Assembly: GCA_964585175.1 (NCBI GenBank)
Contig: CAZPCW010000002.1
Coordinates: 5,535-69,534 of the forward strand
Length of the DNA: 64,000 bases
Reading direction: 5' to 3'
From: an uncultured Thermoplasmata archaeon
GTDB taxonomy: Archaea; Thermoplasmatota; Thermoplasmata; Halarchaeoplasmatales; Halarchaeoplasmataceae
Shown: positions 39,081 through 48,548 of the stretch, one piece after another
Layout of the letters: every line of letters begins with the position of its first letter
Numbering within the stretch: the stretch's first letter is position 1
Notes under the pieces: generated by a model
The model's input: only the letters and a program-made list of their open reading frames with translations
Told to the model about the DNA's origin: nothing
Databases searched by the model: none
Program-made: the position numbers and the translations under genes

Positions 39081-39165
39081 GCGGGAGTAGCCGAGCTAGG
39101 CCAAAGGCGCTAGACTCAAGATCTAGTCCTACAGGGGTCCGAGGGTTCAAATCCCTCCTCCCGCA
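39081..39165 (+). tRNA. tRNA-Leu (anticodon CAA)
   Basis: The cloverleaf was folded by hand. The acceptor GCGGGAG pairs with CTCCCGC, plus discriminator A. The anticodon stem is CTAGA/TCTAG with loop CTCAAGA (CAA). The long variable arm is typical of Leu. The T-arm is GAGGG-TTCAAAT-CCCTC. No CCA is encoded. Confidence 0.8.
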
Positions 39166-39213
39166 CTCTGTTCTCCATTTCACACCTAACTGTTTTATAC
39201 CACAATCTTCACC

Positions 39214-40434
39214 TTGAAGCAGATGCTTGATCTCTTAGGAATATTCGTGGGCTTTGCGGTTCTAGCCGTCTTGATCTTCATCAGGATAGATTTCGGTAAG
39301 GCCGTAATGGTCGCTACAGCCGTTCTTCTGGTCCTTTCCAACCCCTCAATTCAAGGGCTAAATTGGATACTTGAGATATCTAGAGAGTATGAAACTCTAC
39401 GGCTGATCGCCATAATCACACAGATAGCTTTTCTCGGATACCTATACAAGGACTCCGACCAGGTCAGGAGGATGATCAAAGAATTACGAGCCGCCTTACC
39501 AGATCGAAGGATGGTAATAGGTTCGATACCCGCTCTGTTCGGCCTGATGCCGATGCCCGGCGGAGCTTTAGTTTCAGCGCCGATGATAGACGACGAGGGC
39601 GACAAACTAGACCTCAACGGTACTGAAAAGACATTTTTGAACTGGTGGTTCAGACATATCTGGTTTACAGTGTATCCACTTTCTTTAGGTCTGATCTTCG
39701 CCTCGACTTTATCGGGTGTAAATCTCTACAAGATAGCTGTCTTCAACATCCCCATATTTGCGGCACAGCTCGTGATCGGCGGCTTTTGGGGTCTGAAAAA
39801 GATCGATGTCAAGAACCATGTAAAGTCCAATATGAACCCTTTACTTCTGATCTACGAAATACTTCCCATAATAATAGCTATCTCACTAAATATCGTTCTA
39901 GGACTACCGTTTTACGTCACTCTTTTCCTAGCGATAATAGTGATCTTCTTCCAGAACAGGGAAAAGTACACGCCTAGAGCGCTCCCGTCCAAGTTCAAAG
40001 AAGGCTTCTCGTTCGATCTTTTACTAGCGGCTTATGGCATAATGCTTTTCAAAGGCATAATAGAACGAGTCGGAGCTCTCGGACCCTTCGTTCAGACACT
40101 TCAATCTCACATACCTCTTTTGATCGTGGTGATCGTAGGAGCGTTCATCATCGGGAGCCTTTTCGGCCACCTCCCCGGAGCTATCGGAGTGGGTTTTCCC
40201 GTCCTTCTCCCTCTACTACCGGTGATAAATGTGAGGACGGTCGGTTTACTCTTCCTTTTCCTTTTCTTGGGCTACTACACTTCACCCATACATCTCTGCA
40301 TAATACTGACTGTAGAATATTTTAAAATAGATTTAAAGAGTTTTTATCGGAGAATGTTCAAACCATTCTCCTTGCTTTTGGCTTCGATCGTACTCTGGCT
40401 GTTGATTAGTGGAGCTTTTTTCTTTTTCGTGTAA
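39214..40434 (+). CDS. Polytopic integral membrane protein (transporter-like, DUF401-like?)
   Basis: 406 aa with about 10–12 hydrophobic helices. The family could not be assigned from sequence alone. Confidence 0.6.
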   Translation: MKQMLDLLGIFVGFAVLAVLIFIRIDFGKAVMVATAVLLVLSNPSIQGLNWILEISREYETLRLIAIITQIAFLGYLYKDSDQVRRMIKELRAALPDRRMVIGSIPALFGLMPMPGGALVSAPMIDDEGDKLDLNGTEKTFLNWWFRHIWFTVYPLSLGLIFASTLSGVNLYKIAVFNIPIFAAQLVIGGFWGLKKIDVKNHVKSNMNPLLLIYEILPIIIAISLNIVLGLPFYVTLFLAIIVIFFQNREKYTPRALPSKFKEGFSFDLLLAAYGIMLFKGIIERVGALGPFVQTLQSHIPLLIVVIVGAFIIGSLFGHLPGAIGVGFPVLLPLLPVINVRTVGLLFLFLFLGYYTSPIHLCIILTVEYFKIDLKSFYRRMFKPFSLLLASIVLWLLISGAFFFFV

Positions 40435-40438
40435 AACC

Positions 40439-41641
40439 TCAGTCATCCATCGCCTCTTCTAGTTTTTCACTCAGTATTGGTATGACTTCGTGCAGATCAC
40501 CGACTATTCCGAAGTCCGCAACATCGAATATATCGGCGTCCGGATCGTCGTTTATAGCTATGATGTAATCGGAATCCTTGATACCCACCTTGTGCTGTAT
40601 CGCTCCGGAAACACCAGACACTATATACAGCTTTGGCGAAATGGTCTTTCCGCTCTGACCTACCTGCTTCGATTTCGGCAACACGTCCTCTTCGACTATC
40701 GGTCTACTGCATCCAACCGTACCGTCCAGTTTCTCAGCTAGTTCTTCCAAGATCTCGAAATCTTCTCTGTTCGTCCCGACGCCTCGTCCACCGCAGACTA
40801 CGGTGTCAGCTTCTTCGACCGGTATCTCTCCGGTCTCTTCAGGTTCCATCACTTCTATCACTTCTGTTCTTATAGCTTCTTCGCCGACCTCTACCTCTTC
40901 CTCGATAAGTTCGTATTCGCTGTCGTGATCCGGCTCGAGAGGACTCATGACGTGCGGCCTTACAGTAGCCATTTGTGGTCTAGAATTAGTACAAACGATG
41001 TCGGCCATGACGTTACCTCCAAAAGCGGGCCTGATCTGCATCAGCACTTCTCTGCCTTCTACTTCCTCGATACCTAGGTCTGTACAGTCCGCCGTAAGAC
41101 CGAGTCCCATCCTGCCCGCAACAGAAGGAGCTAGATCTCTTCCTAAGTGGGTCGCTCCGTAGAGGAATATGTTAGGCTTGTATTCGGAGATCAAAGTCGT
41201 TATAGCGGTAGTATAAGCCTCAGTAGAATAATCCTCGAACACTTCGTCTTCGACGACATAGACTTTCTCTGCACCATAAGCGCTCAGTTCTTCGGGAAGT
41301 CCTTCAACATCTTCACCTATCAAGACCGCGCAGAGTTCTTCCCCCAACTCGTCGGCCAATTCTCTTCCCTTTCCGAGAAGCTGGGGGCCTGTAGGCTTCA
41401 ATTCATTGCCCTGCGACTCAGCGTACACCCAAACGCCTTCGTACTCTGAGAAGTCCTTGTCTTGACTCATATCTATGACCGGCTCGATTGCGTCGACCGG
41501 ACAGGCGGAAACGCACGCACCACAAGATATGCAGTCGCCCACTAGTTTGGCTACACCGTCTTCCATGGCCAGAACGTCGACCGGACACACTTTCAAGCAC
41601 TTTTCACAGCCTGTACAAGTTTTCTCGTCTATCTCTATCAT
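40439..41641 (-). CDS. etfA: Electron transfer flavoprotein alpha subunit with N-terminal 2×[4Fe-4S] ferredoxin domain (FixB-type)
   Basis: 400 aa. The N-terminus has CTGCEKCLKVCP and CISCGACVSACP. The C-terminus has the ETF-alpha FAD-binding pattern (IVSGVSGAIQH). Confidence 0.85.
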   Translation of the reverse strand: MIEIDEKTCTGCEKCLKVCPVDVLAMEDGVAKLVGDCISCGACVSACPVDAIEPVIDMSQDKDFSEYEGVWVYAESQGNELKPTGPQLLGKGRELADELGEELCAVLIGEDVEGLPEELSAYGAEKVYVVEDEVFEDYSTEAYTTAITTLISEYKPNIFLYGATHLGRDLAPSVAGRMGLGLTADCTDLGIEEVEGREVLMQIRPAFGGNVMADIVCTNSRPQMATVRPHVMSPLEPDHDSEYELIEEEVEVGEEAIRTEVIEVMEPEETGEIPVEEADTVVCGGRGVGTNREDFEILEELAEKLDGTVGCSRPIVEEDVLPKSKQVGQSGKTISPKLYIVSGVSGAIQHKVGIKDSDYIIAINDDPDADIFDVADFGIVGDLHEVIPILSEKLEEAMDD

Positions 41642-42438
41642 AGTATCCCCTCCTCGTCTAAGAAATCGATCAATTGTTGAACCGACTTCTCGGGTTCTTC
41701 TTCGACTTTTATGCCTTCACCTTTCGGAGGCGGAGAGTACGTGTCTATTACTACGCTTTCGGAACCGTCGAGTCCGTACTCGTCGTTCTCACCGCCAATA
41801 TCTTCAATGGCCCATTCTTCCGTGGGCTTCTTTTTCGCTTTCATTATTTCTCTTACATTCGGTATCTTAGGTTCGAATCCCGGTTTCGGCATGCAGGCGA
41901 TCAGGACAGGCAGTTCCGACCTGATCTTCACATGTCCTTCGTCGGTTTCTTTCTTACATATGATATATTCTTCATCGGTATCTAAATCATTGACTTCAGA
42001 AACATAAGTCAATTGGGGAAGTCCCTGATGTGCAGCGACCTCTGGACCGACCTGAGCAGTATTACCGTCAGACGCTTCCTGACCAGCAAAGATCAAATCA
42101 ACGTCATCTATCTGCTTCAAGGCTCTGCCGAGAGTGACCGCAGTAGCCCACGTGTCCGCTCCGGCGAACTCGCTGTCGGTGAGCAAAATAGCTCTATCCG
42201 CACCGATAGCTTTACACTTGTTCAAAGCTTCCTCCGCCTGTGGAGGTCCCATCGTCATCGCTATTATCTCGACCTCTTCGTCGACTTCTTCCTTAAGGTC
42301 AACGGCTAAATTCAAAGCGAACTCGTCGAAAGAATTGAGGGTTGAAGGGACCCCGTCTCTGATGATGGTCCCGGTCTCCTCGTCCACTTCGACTTCGGTA
42401 GTATCCGGAACCTGCTTGACCAAAACCACGAATTTCAC
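41638..42438 (-). CDS. etfB: Electron transfer flavoprotein beta subunit (FixA-type)
   Basis: 266 aa. The N-terminus MKFVVLVKQVPDT is typical of ETF-beta. It overlaps etfA by 4 nt. Confidence 0.85.
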   Translation of the reverse strand: MKFVVLVKQVPDTTEVEVDEETGTIIRDGVPSTLNSFDEFALNLAVDLKEEVDEEVEIIAMTMGPPQAEEALNKCKAIGADRAILLTDSEFAGADTWATAVTLGRALKQIDDVDLIFAGQEASDGNTAQVGPEVAAHQGLPQLTYVSEVNDLDTDEEYIICKKETDEGHVKIRSELPVLIACMPKPGFEPKIPNVREIMKAKKKPTEEWAIEDIGGENDEYGLDGSESVVIDTYSPPPKGEGIKVEEEPEKSVQQLIDFLDEEGIL

Positions 42439-42446
42439 GGGATCAC

Positions 42447-43730
42447 CTATTTGTAAGGTATGTAGTCGTCACCTAGAGTCTCTCTAGCTATGACTATCTT
42501 TTGTATGTTAGCTCCGCCCTCTGCTCCTACACAGTAGGACATCACACCTCTCCAGGCGGTCTCGAATATGTATTCGGAGCTGTAACCGGCAGCGCCCAAC
42601 CAGTGCATCGCATCGTCAGCGGTATCTTTAGCTAGATGAGGGATCTTGTACTTGATCATAGAGATCCATTTTGCGATCTCTGTAGGACTGTATGTCTGAG
42701 CTTTGCCGCTCTTTTCCTTCCAGCCTTCTTCGTCATATCGGGTGTCCTGCATCTCTGCTACTCTATTTATCATGAGATCACTCGCTTCCATCTCGGTGTA
42801 TCTTTCCACGAAGGGGAACTGTATGCCTTCGTACTTAGCAAGAGGATTACCGAAGGTTTCTCTTTCCTTGATATAATCCGCGGCTTCTTCTAGGATACGC
42901 CTGGTGACTCCCACGGCACTAGCTCCTATCATGATTCTTGCGTTATCGAAGCCTTCCATCGTGTAGTAGAAACCTTTTCCCTGCTCTCCGAGCATGTATT
43001 CTTCTGGTATCCTAACATCGTTCATCTTGAATCCAGAAGTCGAAAGCGATCCTCTTCCTGCGTCATCGTAAGGTTCCTGAGGTTCCAAGCCATCCGAGTC
43101 GATAGGAACGAAGAACGCGGTCATGTTTTTGTGGGGAGCTCCTTCTACCTGAGGGCCGGTTCTGACGTTTACCCAATATCCCCCGCCCATTCTTTTACAC
43201 TCTTCGACTCCGCTGATGAAAGTTTTCTCGCCGTTGAGCACCCACTCGTCGCCGTCTTTCTCCGCTGTAGATTCGAAACCGGCGACGTCCGAACCGCCTT
43301 TGGGTTCGGTGGTAGCGATCCCAACGAATTTATCTCCTTGAATAGCGGGTTTTACGAATTTTTCTCTCACTTCTTCATTACAGTATCTGTTGATCGTGAA
43401 TCCCCATCCCGTCTCTACCGCCATAAAACCCGCCGCGGTAGCGATACTGGGATCAATATAACCTATCTGGTCCGCTATGGCGATTTGATCTTTCCAAGAA
43501 AGCCCCATACCGCCGTGTTCTTCAGGAACGGTGCCCATGATGACTCCTAGGTCCGCTAACCCTTCCACTATATCTTCAGGGAAGGGGTGTCCTTCTCTAT
43601 TTATTTTAATCACGCGCTCTAGAGGAAATTCTCTTTCCGCCCAATCTGTAATACTCTCTTTGAATAACTTCTGCTCCTCGGTAAGTCCTCTATCATCTGA
43701 AAGATCTGTCCTAGCCATTTTTTCCACCAT
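42447..43730 (-). CDS. Acyl-CoA dehydrogenase
   Basis: 427 aa. The ACAD three-domain pattern and a C-terminal catalytic region are present. It is adjacent to etfBA. Confidence 0.8.
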   Translation of the reverse strand: MVEKMARTDLSDDRGLTEEQKLFKESITDWAEREFPLERVIKINREGHPFPEDIVEGLADLGVIMGTVPEEHGGMGLSWKDQIAIADQIGYIDPSIATAAGFMAVETGWGFTINRYCNEEVREKFVKPAIQGDKFVGIATTEPKGGSDVAGFESTAEKDGDEWVLNGEKTFISGVEECKRMGGGYWVNVRTGPQVEGAPHKNMTAFFVPIDSDGLEPQEPYDDAGRGSLSTSGFKMNDVRIPEEYMLGEQGKGFYYTMEGFDNARIMIGASAVGVTRRILEEAADYIKERETFGNPLAKYEGIQFPFVERYTEMEASDLMINRVAEMQDTRYDEEGWKEKSGKAQTYSPTEIAKWISMIKYKIPHLAKDTADDAMHWLGAAGYSSEYIFETAWRGVMSYCVGAEGGANIQKIVIARETLGDDYIPYK

Positions 43731-43847
43731 GTAATATTTATACTTCTAGGTTTGGAATAATTATACAATATTAGAACTTTTCCATAGACACCTGTCTAAA
43801 GGGTTTGAAAGATAGGTCGAAAAAACGTTTTAGAGAAAATCGCCTTT

Positions 43848-44930
43848 CTACTCTTTCCAATCTTCATAGATAGATTTGAACGCGTCGAGTTTTCTTTCAG
43901 GTATAGGTTCCCATCCTCTAGCGTCGCTGTTCTCCGCTAAAAACGATTTTTCTCCCGACATCCCTCTTGATAGCATATTCAGTCTTTTGTTGTCCTCGTC
44001 CTCTCTCCATATATCCAAACTCTTGTCGGGCGCCCAGCTGGAAGTTCTGAGATAAGTTTTTCTGTCCTTTTTATACAGTTCACTTGGAAGAACTATATCC
44101 GAATCTACCTTAGAGATCAACTTTTTCAGTCTTTCTATCTTCAATTCCTTTCCACCCAATTTTCTGTGGCCCAAAAATTCTATATCCATGCCGTAAAGCA
44201 TCAACTCGTCTTTACCGTCGATCCAGTTCGCGACTTTATCGACGCTAATCAAGGGAAGATCGGCCAAAGCCATCATCACCGCATTGTTTATCGCTATCCA
44301 AACGGGTACCGCGTCGATCTCTTCCACTCCTTCGACGGCCAATTTGCCCGAAAAGGATTTCTTAACGGCTTTCTTCAGCTCCCTCAAGCCTAACAGATAA
44401 TTGATGAACCTTATACCTTCACCTCTCTGAGCTTTGTGTAGATGGGGTGTCAGCGGTTCGATTTCAGCGAGCGCAGTATTATCTATCTCCGAAAACAAGA
44501 CCGCCTCACCATCCACATACACTTCGTCGTAATCTTCTTCTTTCAGAATTCCCGGTAAAATCGGATCGTATCCAAGTTCCGGAAGCCAGAAACCCTCCGT
44601 TTCTACACCGAATACTTCCTTTTTCTTCTTCTTGTCTTTCCTCACCTGTGCTGCTACTCTATCCAAATCCAGCAAAGGTAAAATAGCGTGGGTGTAGGAA
44701 GTGCCGGTCAGCTCTATAAGTCCTTCCTCGATACCTCTTTTTATCTTATCTATCAAGTTCTCAGGAAGGAACTGCAGTGAATATCCGGTTATATTCAGGG
44801 CGAATTTCACCCTGTTTTTCAATAAAAAATCGAGGGTGGGCACGTAAGAATTTTCTATTATCTCCGGTATCTCAGATTTAGAAAGTTCTGCGTACTGTAA
44901 ATTTCCGTGAAAAATAAAAGAATATGACAC
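43848..44930 (-). CDS. Glycoside hydrolase, probable GH57 family (possible α-galactosidase)
   Basis: 360 aa. Assignment is based on size and the context (it heads the galK–galT operon). The weak N-terminal pattern is FIFHGNLQY. Pyrococcus GalA-type GH57 α-galactosidases are about 360 aa. Confidence 0.4.
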   Translation of the reverse strand: MSYSFIFHGNLQYAELSKSEIPEIIENSYVPTLDFLLKNRVKFALNITGYSLQFLPENLIDKIKRGIEEGLIELTGTSYTHAILPLLDLDRVAAQVRKDKKKKKEVFGVETEGFWLPELGYDPILPGILKEEDYDEVYVDGEAVLFSEIDNTALAEIEPLTPHLHKAQRGEGIRFINYLLGLRELKKAVKKSFSGKLAVEGVEEIDAVPVWIAINNAVMMALADLPLISVDKVANWIDGKDELMLYGMDIEFLGHRKLGGKELKIERLKKLISKVDSDIVLPSELYKKDRKTYLRTSSWAPDKSLDIWREDEDNKRLNMLSRGMSGEKSFLAENSDARGWEPIPERKLDAFKSIYEDWKE

Positions 44931-44940
44931 TTTTTCACCT

Positions 44941-46014
44941 TCAGATCGTTCTTATCCCCTTAGAGGACTCAACTACATGATATTCGGCACTTTCGTGTGA
45001 AAAATTTTCCATATACTCATCGAACACTTTTTCCGCAAAATTCTCAGCACCTTCACCTTTCCACAAAGCTATAGCTGCACCGCCCCAGCCGGCTCCGGTC
45101 AATCTCGCTCCCAGAGCGCCGTTTTCGTTCGAGCGGTCAACTATAAAATCTAGCTCTTCACAGCTGGCCTCGTAGTTTTCGGCTATATCTTCATGGGCTT
45201 TATTCGATATTTCACCGACTCGCTCTAGATCGCTTTCCATCAACGCCTCTTTCGTACTTAGAACTCTCCGGTTCTCTCTCACGACATATCCAAGCCTTTT
45301 TTTCTCTAGTTCTGTCAGGCCCTCCAATTCTCCGGGATCGATATCTTTAGACTTCTCTTTCCCTACCGATTCCATCGCCTTTTCCACCGTCTCTCTCCTC
45401 TGGTTGTACTCTGAAGATTTCAGTTCTCTCTCCACCCCGGTATGGAAAACTATCAGTTTCAGTTTCTCTGGAAAATCAACGTATTCATATTCAAGAATAT
45501 CGGTATCCAGGAAAAGCGCTTTTCCTTCTTCACTCAACGAGATACTGAACTGATCCATGATGCCGCAGGAAACTCCGACATACTCGTTCTCGACCCTTTG
45601 GCAGAGCAGCGCCATCTCTTTTTTAGACAGGTCAAGACCATACAGTTCATTTAGCAGATACATGACCGCGAGTTCAAAACTCGCCGATGCACTTAAACCA
45701 GAACCTATCGGAAGATCACCTTCGAATTTCGCTTTGATCCCTCCAACATCATAACCCTCTTCCTGAAGAATAGAATAAACTCCTCTGATGTGATCCGCCC
45801 AATCATCCTCTTTTTCCAGCTCGTCGACATCGAACTTTTTCCTCTGGTTGAAAGCTTTGGAGTAGACATCGACAGAACCCTTCTTTCTCCCTTCGATAGT
45901 CGTACCGAGATCTATAGCTAAGGGCATCACGTATCCTCCGGTATAATCCGTATGTTCGCCTATCAGGTTAACTCTTCCCGGAGATCTTATCTTCATCATC
46001 ATTTTCCACCTCAT
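44941..46014 (-). CDS. galK: Galactokinase (GHMP kinase)
   Basis: 357 aa. The N-terminal signature RSPGRVNLIGEHTDYTGGYV and the GHMP motif PIGSGLSASAS are present. Confidence 0.9.
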   Translation of the reverse strand: MRWKMMMKIRSPGRVNLIGEHTDYTGGYVMPLAIDLGTTIEGRKKGSVDVYSKAFNQRKKFDVDELEKEDDWADHIRGVYSILQEEGYDVGGIKAKFEGDLPIGSGLSASASFELAVMYLLNELYGLDLSKKEMALLCQRVENEYVGVSCGIMDQFSISLSEEGKALFLDTDILEYEYVDFPEKLKLIVFHTGVERELKSSEYNQRRETVEKAMESVGKEKSKDIDPGELEGLTELEKKRLGYVVRENRRVLSTKEALMESDLERVGEISNKAHEDIAENYEASCEELDFIVDRSNENGALGARLTGAGWGGAAIALWKGEGAENFAEKVFDEYMENFSHESAEYHVVESSKGIRTI

Positions 46015-47057
46015 ATATATTCATCTTCATCTATTTCTTCGATGTCTACCTCTCTCAATTCTTCCGCTTTTCCTTCTGCAAGCGAATTATTTATGTAAGT
46101 TCCCGCTCCTATCTCGCTTCCCGCCAGGTGCTTGAGTTTATTTTCCGTCCTGTAAGGCGGATAGAACTCGATGTGAAAGTGCGAATACTCTTCTGCACCT
46201 TCTACAGTGGGTTTCTGATGCATCGCCATAACGTATGGAAATTCAAAGTCGAAAAGTCCGTCATACCTCATCAAGAGCTCTTTCAATATCTGCGCTAGAT
46301 CTTTCTCCTCCTTCTCTCCGAAACTCGATATCGAAGGGATGTGCTCGTTCGCATACACATGCACCTCGTAGGTATATCGCGCATAAAACGGTATGAAGGC
46401 GGTGAATGAATCGTTCTTCGCGACTATCCTTTCTTCTTCGCTTCTCTCTTTTTCTAGCACTCTGCAGAAAAGACATTCGTTTTCTTTTTCAAGGTACTCT
46501 TCACTAGACTCCAATTCCCTCTCTATCATCGGAGGGACGAAGGGATAAGCGTATATCTGTCCGTGCGGATGTTCCAATGTAACGCCGACTTCTTCACCTT
46601 TATTTTCAAATATGAAGACGTAATCCACAAAATCTTCGCTTCCCAACTCTTCGTATCTGTCCTTCCACACCTTCACCAGCTTGAGGAATTTTCTGACGGG
46701 TTTTTCCGACATGACTCCATCGTGCTCCGGTGTAAAGAGCACTACTTCGCACAGACCTTCCGCTTTTTTTACTTGATAAAGCTCACTCGAAATCACCTGG
46801 GGAGTTGGCGGATCATCGGTAAGTGAAGGAAATCTGTTCTTAACTACGGCGATATCGAAATCTCGAGTTAGGTCTTTTTGAAAGTCGGGATCTTCCTCCG
46901 GACAGAACGGACAGTAATCTTTGGGTGGTTTATGTGTTCTACCCTGACGGTGGGTGGCAGTGATTATGTACTCTTTTTGAAATGGGTCCCATCTCAACTC
47001 TGACAGGTTACGCACGCTCCTCGCTTTGCTGATCTCCTTCGCTCTCGTCGAACTCAT
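46011..47057 (-). CDS. galT: Galactose-1-phosphate uridylyltransferase
   Basis: 348 aa. CPFCPE zinc-site Cys and the HPHGQIYAYPFVPP HxHxQ active site are present. It overlaps galK by 4 nt. Confidence 0.85.
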   Translation of the reverse strand: MSSTRAKEISKARSVRNLSELRWDPFQKEYIITATHRQGRTHKPPKDYCPFCPEEDPDFQKDLTRDFDIAVVKNRFPSLTDDPPTPQVISSELYQVKKAEGLCEVVLFTPEHDGVMSEKPVRKFLKLVKVWKDRYEELGSEDFVDYVFIFENKGEEVGVTLEHPHGQIYAYPFVPPMIERELESSEEYLEKENECLFCRVLEKERSEEERIVAKNDSFTAFIPFYARYTYEVHVYANEHIPSISSFGEKEEKDLAQILKELLMRYDGLFDFEFPYVMAMHQKPTVEGAEEYSHFHIEFYPPYRTENKLKHLAGSEIGAGTYINNSLAEGKAEELREVDIEEIDEDEYI

Positions 47058-47247
47058 AGTAGATCACGTATATCCCGTCCTCTTTTTCTTCACGGTTCTT
47101 CCTAATCTTCATCTTTTTACCCGCTTTTTGACGCTTTTAGAATTTTATCTCGTTGTCGTATCTGATCAGGGGACTAAACGCTCACTGATGAACAAACAAT
47201 GGTCGTTAAAAGATAAATTTTTCGAACGATAGAGAGAACACAATCAC

Positions 47248-47254
47248 TATATAA
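47248..47254 (+). promoter_or_regulatory. Putative archaeal TATA box for the GH1 gene
   Basis: TATATAA lies 26 nt upstream of the ATG at 47280. This fits a BRE/TATA-driven leaderless transcript. It sits in a divergent intergenic region shared with galT. Confidence 0.35.
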
Positions 47255-47279
47255 GTTCTACATAATTCTCTTACCGAAC

Positions 47280-48533
47280 ATGATCGACTTTTCTGATTTT
47301 ATCTTCGGCACCGCCACCGCATCTCACCAGATAGAAGGCAACAATAAAAACAACGAGTGGTGGGAGGCGGAACAAAAGGGCGAACTTCCTTACAAATCCG
47401 GCAGGGCCTGTGATCACTGGGAGAGATACGAAGAGGATATACAGCTCATGGACGATCTCGGCTATGATGCTTATAGATTCTCCCTTGAATGGAGCAGGAT
47501 ATTTCCAAAGCAAGGAAAACTGAATAAAAGCGCCTTAAAGAGATATCAGAATATCATCAATCTACTCAACGAGAAAGAGATAACCCCTATGGTCACGCTT
47601 CACCACTTCACTAATCCCCAATGGTTCATGGATAAAGGAGGTTTTGCCAAAGATGAAAATCTTTGTCACTGGAAGAGATACGTAAAGACTATAGTTGAGG
47701 AAATCTCGGGTGTCGATCTTTTCGGGACGATAAACGAGCCTATGGTCTATGTTATGACCTCTTATATGGACGGGGAATGGCCTCCGTTTGAAAACTCTGT
47801 TCTCAAGGCGGGAAGAGTCGAGAAAAACCTTCTCAGAGCCCACGCCGCCGCTTACAAATATTTGAAAAAACTCGATAAAACTGTAGGGATCGTTAAACAT
47901 TATCCCTACATCAGACCGGAGAGCAAGAAGAAAAGAGACGTTAAAGCGGCCGAGAAAGCTGACGCGCTCTTCAACTGGAATTTTATGGACGCTATATGGA
48001 GCGGCGATCTGAAAACACCCTTGAGGTCATATCAGGTCCCAAAGAGCGATGCCGACTTTATAGGCCTGAATTATTACACAATCCACAAAGCCGCCCACTC
48101 GTGGAACCCTCTAAAGCTTTTTCTAGATACCGAGGAGGCGGACATCGGGGACAGAAAGACTTTGATGGACTGGTCGGTTTATCCCGAAGGTATTTACAAA
48201 GGCATAAAACATTTTCAGAGAAGATACGATAAGCCGATCTACGTTACGGAGAACGGTATAGCCACGGAAGACGACGAGTGGAGAATAGAGTACATACTGA
48301 AACATCTCATGCAGATACACAAAGCTAGGGAAGATGGATACGACGTTAGAGGTTACATGTACTGGTCTTTGATGGATAACTTCGAGTGGGCAGAGGGATT
48401 CGAACCGAGATTTGGATTGATAGAGGTCGATTTCGATGATTTCGATAGAAAAGTCAGGGATAGCGCGAAAGTCTACAGAAAGATCGCCGAAAAAAAAGGC
48501 ATCACTCAGGAAATTCTAGACAGATATACCTGA
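47280..48533 (+). CDS. GH1-family β-glycosidase (β-glucosidase/β-galactosidase)
   Basis: 417 aa. The N-terminal FIFGTATASHQIEG, acid/base TINEP and nucleophile YVTENG motifs are present. Confidence 0.9.
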   Translation: MIDFSDFIFGTATASHQIEGNNKNNEWWEAEQKGELPYKSGRACDHWERYEEDIQLMDDLGYDAYRFSLEWSRIFPKQGKLNKSALKRYQNIINLLNEKEITPMVTLHHFTNPQWFMDKGGFAKDENLCHWKRYVKTIVEEISGVDLFGTINEPMVYVMTSYMDGEWPPFENSVLKAGRVEKNLLRAHAAAYKYLKKLDKTVGIVKHYPYIRPESKKKRDVKAAEKADALFNWNFMDAIWSGDLKTPLRSYQVPKSDADFIGLNYYTIHKAAHSWNPLKLFLDTEEADIGDRKTLMDWSVYPEGIYKGIKHFQRRYDKPIYVTENGIATEDDEWRIEYILKHLMQIHKAREDGYDVRGYMYWSLMDNFEWAEGFEPRFGLIEVDFDDFDRKVRDSAKVYRKIAEKKGITQEILDRYT

Positions 48534-48548
48534 TCTCATAACTTTTGT

